Of a stretch of DNA of 64,000 bases, positions 62,263-64,000 are shown one piece after another. Origin of the DNA: Anaerolineales bacterium. Its GTDB lineage: Bacteria > Chloroflexota > Anaerolineae > Anaerolineales > UBA11579. The stretch spans positions 1,706 to 65,705 of the forward strand of contig JBBDXQ010000108.1 in the NCBI GenBank assembly GCA_040902265.1, read 5' to 3'. The position numbers and the translations under genes were made by a program. The first letter of the stretch is position 1. Each line of letters starts with the position of its first letter. The notes under the pieces are model-generated. The model was not told the DNA's origin. It searched no databases and worked only from the letters and a program-made list of their open reading frames with translations.

Positions 62263-63237
62263 ATGCCCGCCAAGCAGGCCAATAAACCTCTAGTCTCCAT
62301 CATTATCCGCGCCTTCAATGAGCAAAAACATCTCGGCAAGCTGCTGGAAGTAATTAAGCAACAAACTTTTCGCCGCTACGAGATCGTCCTGGTTGACTCA
62401 GGGTCCACCGACCGTACTCTGGCAATTGCTGCCAGCTATCCGGTCAAGATCCTGCATATCAAGCCCGGGGATTTCACCTTTGGCCGCTCACTGAACCTCG
62501 GCTTGCGTGCTGCCCGCGGCCGCCTGGTCGTCGTGGCCAGTGCCCATGTGCAACCCTTGAGCCGGGATTGGCTCAAGCAGCTTGTTGCCCCTTTCGAAGA
62601 CCCCAAAGTAGCCGTGGCCTATGGTAAACAGCGGGGCGGGGCTGTCAGCCGCTTCTCAGAAACTCAACACTTCCTACGCTGGTTTCCCCAGCGCTCCAAC
62701 TTGGACCAACCCAGCGCCTACTGCAACAACGCCAACCTGGCATTGCGTCGCTCCCTGTGGAAGAAGCAGCCCTTCAACGAGACCCTAACCGGACTTGAGG
62801 ATCTGGCCTGGGCTTCGGTCTGGCGCGAGCGGGGTTACAAGGTAGCTTACGTGGCTGAAGCTGGGGTGACTCATATCCATGAGGAAAGCTCCGCCCAGAT
62901 CATCAACCGGCACCGCCGGGAGGCGATCGCACTTAAACGCATCCTGCCATCCAGCCGCTTTACCTTGTGGCATTTTGTCAGCCTGTTCCTGCATTCCACT
63001 TATTCCGATTTTGGCGCGGCCCTCCGCCAGCGGGCGTTTTTCCGCCAGGTTCTCGGGATCATCTCTTTTCGTTTCCTTCAATACCTGGGTACCTACCGTG
63101 GTTACCGCGACGCAGTGGCTCCCAGTGCCAAACTGAAGCAGGTCTTCTACTATCCACCAGGATCCCTTGAAGACCGTTCGCAGCAAACCAACACCAAGTC
63201 CATTAAGGAACAGAGCCGCAAGTCGGCAAAAGCATGA
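62263..63237 (+). CDS. glycosyltransferase, GT2 family
   Basis: 324-aa ORF. 'VSIIIRAFNEQKHLGKLLEVIKQQTFRRYEIVLVDSGSTDRT', 'GLEDLAWA'. Confidence 0.85.
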   Translation: MPAKQANKPLVSIIIRAFNEQKHLGKLLEVIKQQTFRRYEIVLVDSGSTDRTLAIAASYPVKILHIKPGDFTFGRSLNLGLRAARGRLVVVASAHVQPLSRDWLKQLVAPFEDPKVAVAYGKQRGGAVSRFSETQHFLRWFPQRSNLDQPSAYCNNANLALRRSLWKKQPFNETLTGLEDLAWASVWRERGYKVAYVAEAGVTHIHEESSAQIINRHRREAIALKRILPSSRFTLWHFVSLFLHSTYSDFGAALRQRAFFRQVLGIISFRFLQYLGTYRGYRDAVAPSAKLKQVFYYPPGSLEDRSQQTNTKSIKEQSRKSAKA

Positions 63238-63917
63238 TCGCCAACCCTCCTCGCATTGTCGCCCTGGTACCTATGCGCGATCGTTCTGAGCGCGTGGTCG
63301 GCAAAAACTATCGTCCACTGGCAGGCTGGCCGCTGTTTCACCACATCCTGCGAGCCTTGCAAGCCTGCCCAGAAATCGCTGATATCGCGGTGGATACGGA
63401 CAGCCCGACCATCAAGCAGGGATTGGCTGACCATTTCCCCCATGTGTTGGTGCTAGACCGGCCTGAGTCTCTGCGCGGTGGCGAAGTTCCCATGAATGCA
63501 GTCTTGTTGCACGACACGGAACTGGTACCTGCCGACTTCTATTTGCAAACCCACAGCACAAACCCGCTGCTTCGCCCCCAAACCATCAGCGCCGCAATCC
63601 TGGCATTCGTTGCCAATACCGCCGCCAAGGATTCGCTATTCGGTGTCACCGAGATGCATTCCCGCCTCTATGATCAAGAGGGTCGCGCCATCAACCACAA
63701 TCCGCGCGAACTGCTGCGCACCCAGGATCTGCCTCCGGTGTATGAGGAGAATTCCTGCCTCTATATTTTCACCCGGGACAATTTGCAAAAAAATGGCCAT
63801 CGCATTGGACAATCTCCACTCTTGTTCCCTGTGCCGCGCGACGAGGCTTGGGATATCGACGAGGAACTAGATTTTCTCCTGGTGGATTTTCTCATGCGCC
63901 AGCGTCCCGCAGTCTAA
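63234..63917 (+). CDS. acylneuraminate-cytidylyltransferase-family protein (third CMP-sugar synthetase candidate)
   Basis: 227-aa ORF with an ATGA overlap. 'IVALVPMRDRSERVVGKNYRPLAGWPLFHHIL', 'IAVDTDS', 'YLQTHSTNPLLRP'. Confidence 0.75.
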   Translation: MIANPPRIVALVPMRDRSERVVGKNYRPLAGWPLFHHILRALQACPEIADIAVDTDSPTIKQGLADHFPHVLVLDRPESLRGGEVPMNAVLLHDTELVPADFYLQTHSTNPLLRPQTISAAILAFVANTAAKDSLFGVTEMHSRLYDQEGRAINHNPRELLRTQDLPPVYEENSCLYIFTRDNLQKNGHRIGQSPLLFPVPRDEAWDIDEELDFLLVDFLMRQRPAV

Positions 63918-63924
63918 GATCCCC

Positions 63925-64000
63925 ATGTCCCGTATTGTCTTGCTCTCCGCTCCTTATATGCTGGTCAACCCAGATCGCTACCAGCCTCTGTTTGCCCATT
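63925..64000 (+). CDS. 5' end of a further gene, truncated by the window edge; unknown function
   Basis: ATG 63925 lies 7 nt after the upstream stop. The frame is open to nt 64000 ('MSRIVLLSAPYMLVNPDRYQPLFAH'). Too short to classify. Confidence 0.3.
   Translation, partial: MSRIVLLSAPYMLVNPDRYQPLFAH

Overview
This 64-kb window is essentially one very large, gene-dense locus for making a cell-surface glycan. I found no rRNA, tRNA, CRISPR array, transposase, integrase or phage gene. About 58 protein-coding genes are supported. All functional calls come from by-eye motif and layout recognition; no search or computation was run, and the host taxon cannot be determined from this sequence alone.

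Layout:
- Nt 1-46613 is a single-direction (+) block of about 41 genes. Most are joined by overlapping or abutting stop/start codons.
- Nt 46615-49852 is an inverted (-) pair of tandem paralogous polytopic membrane proteins.
- Nt 49853-50195 is a 343-nt divergent control region.
- Nt 50196-64000 is a second + block.

Gene content:
- About 7 GT4-type and 7-8 GT2-type glycosyltransferases, plus six large GT-C-like membrane proteins.
- A Wzm/Wzt ABC exporter whose Wzt carries a C-terminal glycan-binding-type domain.
- Five class-I methyltransferases and a B12-binding radical-SAM enzyme.
- Sugar-nucleotide tailoring enzymes: DegT aminotransferase, cupin, PseB, RmlD-like reductase, Fcl, SDRs and a Gfo/Idh/MocA oxidoreductase.
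- Two NeuB-family ulosonic-acid synthases and three cytidylyltransferases, one of them fused to a KdsC-type phosphatase.
- Three KpsC/KpsS-like GT-B proteins.
- A bifunctional ATP-sulfurylase/APS-kinase plus four sulfotransferases.
- An EPS-type MarR regulator.
- A module of acyl carrier protein, amino acid--[carrier protein] ligase, GNAT, AAC(3)-like protein and DUF4910-like protein.

No initiating polyprenyl-phosphate sugar-1-phosphate transferase, Wzx, Wzy, GMD or RmlA/B is visible in the window.

Best candidates for undescribed biology:
1. The carrier-protein/aminoacyl-ligase module, which may aminoacylate a sugar.
2. The dedicated PAPS supply plus four sulfotransferases, which predicts a heavily sulfated bacterial glycan.
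3. The 14.6-28.4 kb block combining GT-C paralogues with a radical-SAM enzyme, a polyprenyl-P-sugar synthase-like GT2, a methyltransferase and a flavoenzyme.
4. Non-canonical ulosonic-acid sub-pathways with KpsC/S-like transferases placed next to the exporter.

Several short palindromes and -10-like boxes occupy the few intergenic gaps.
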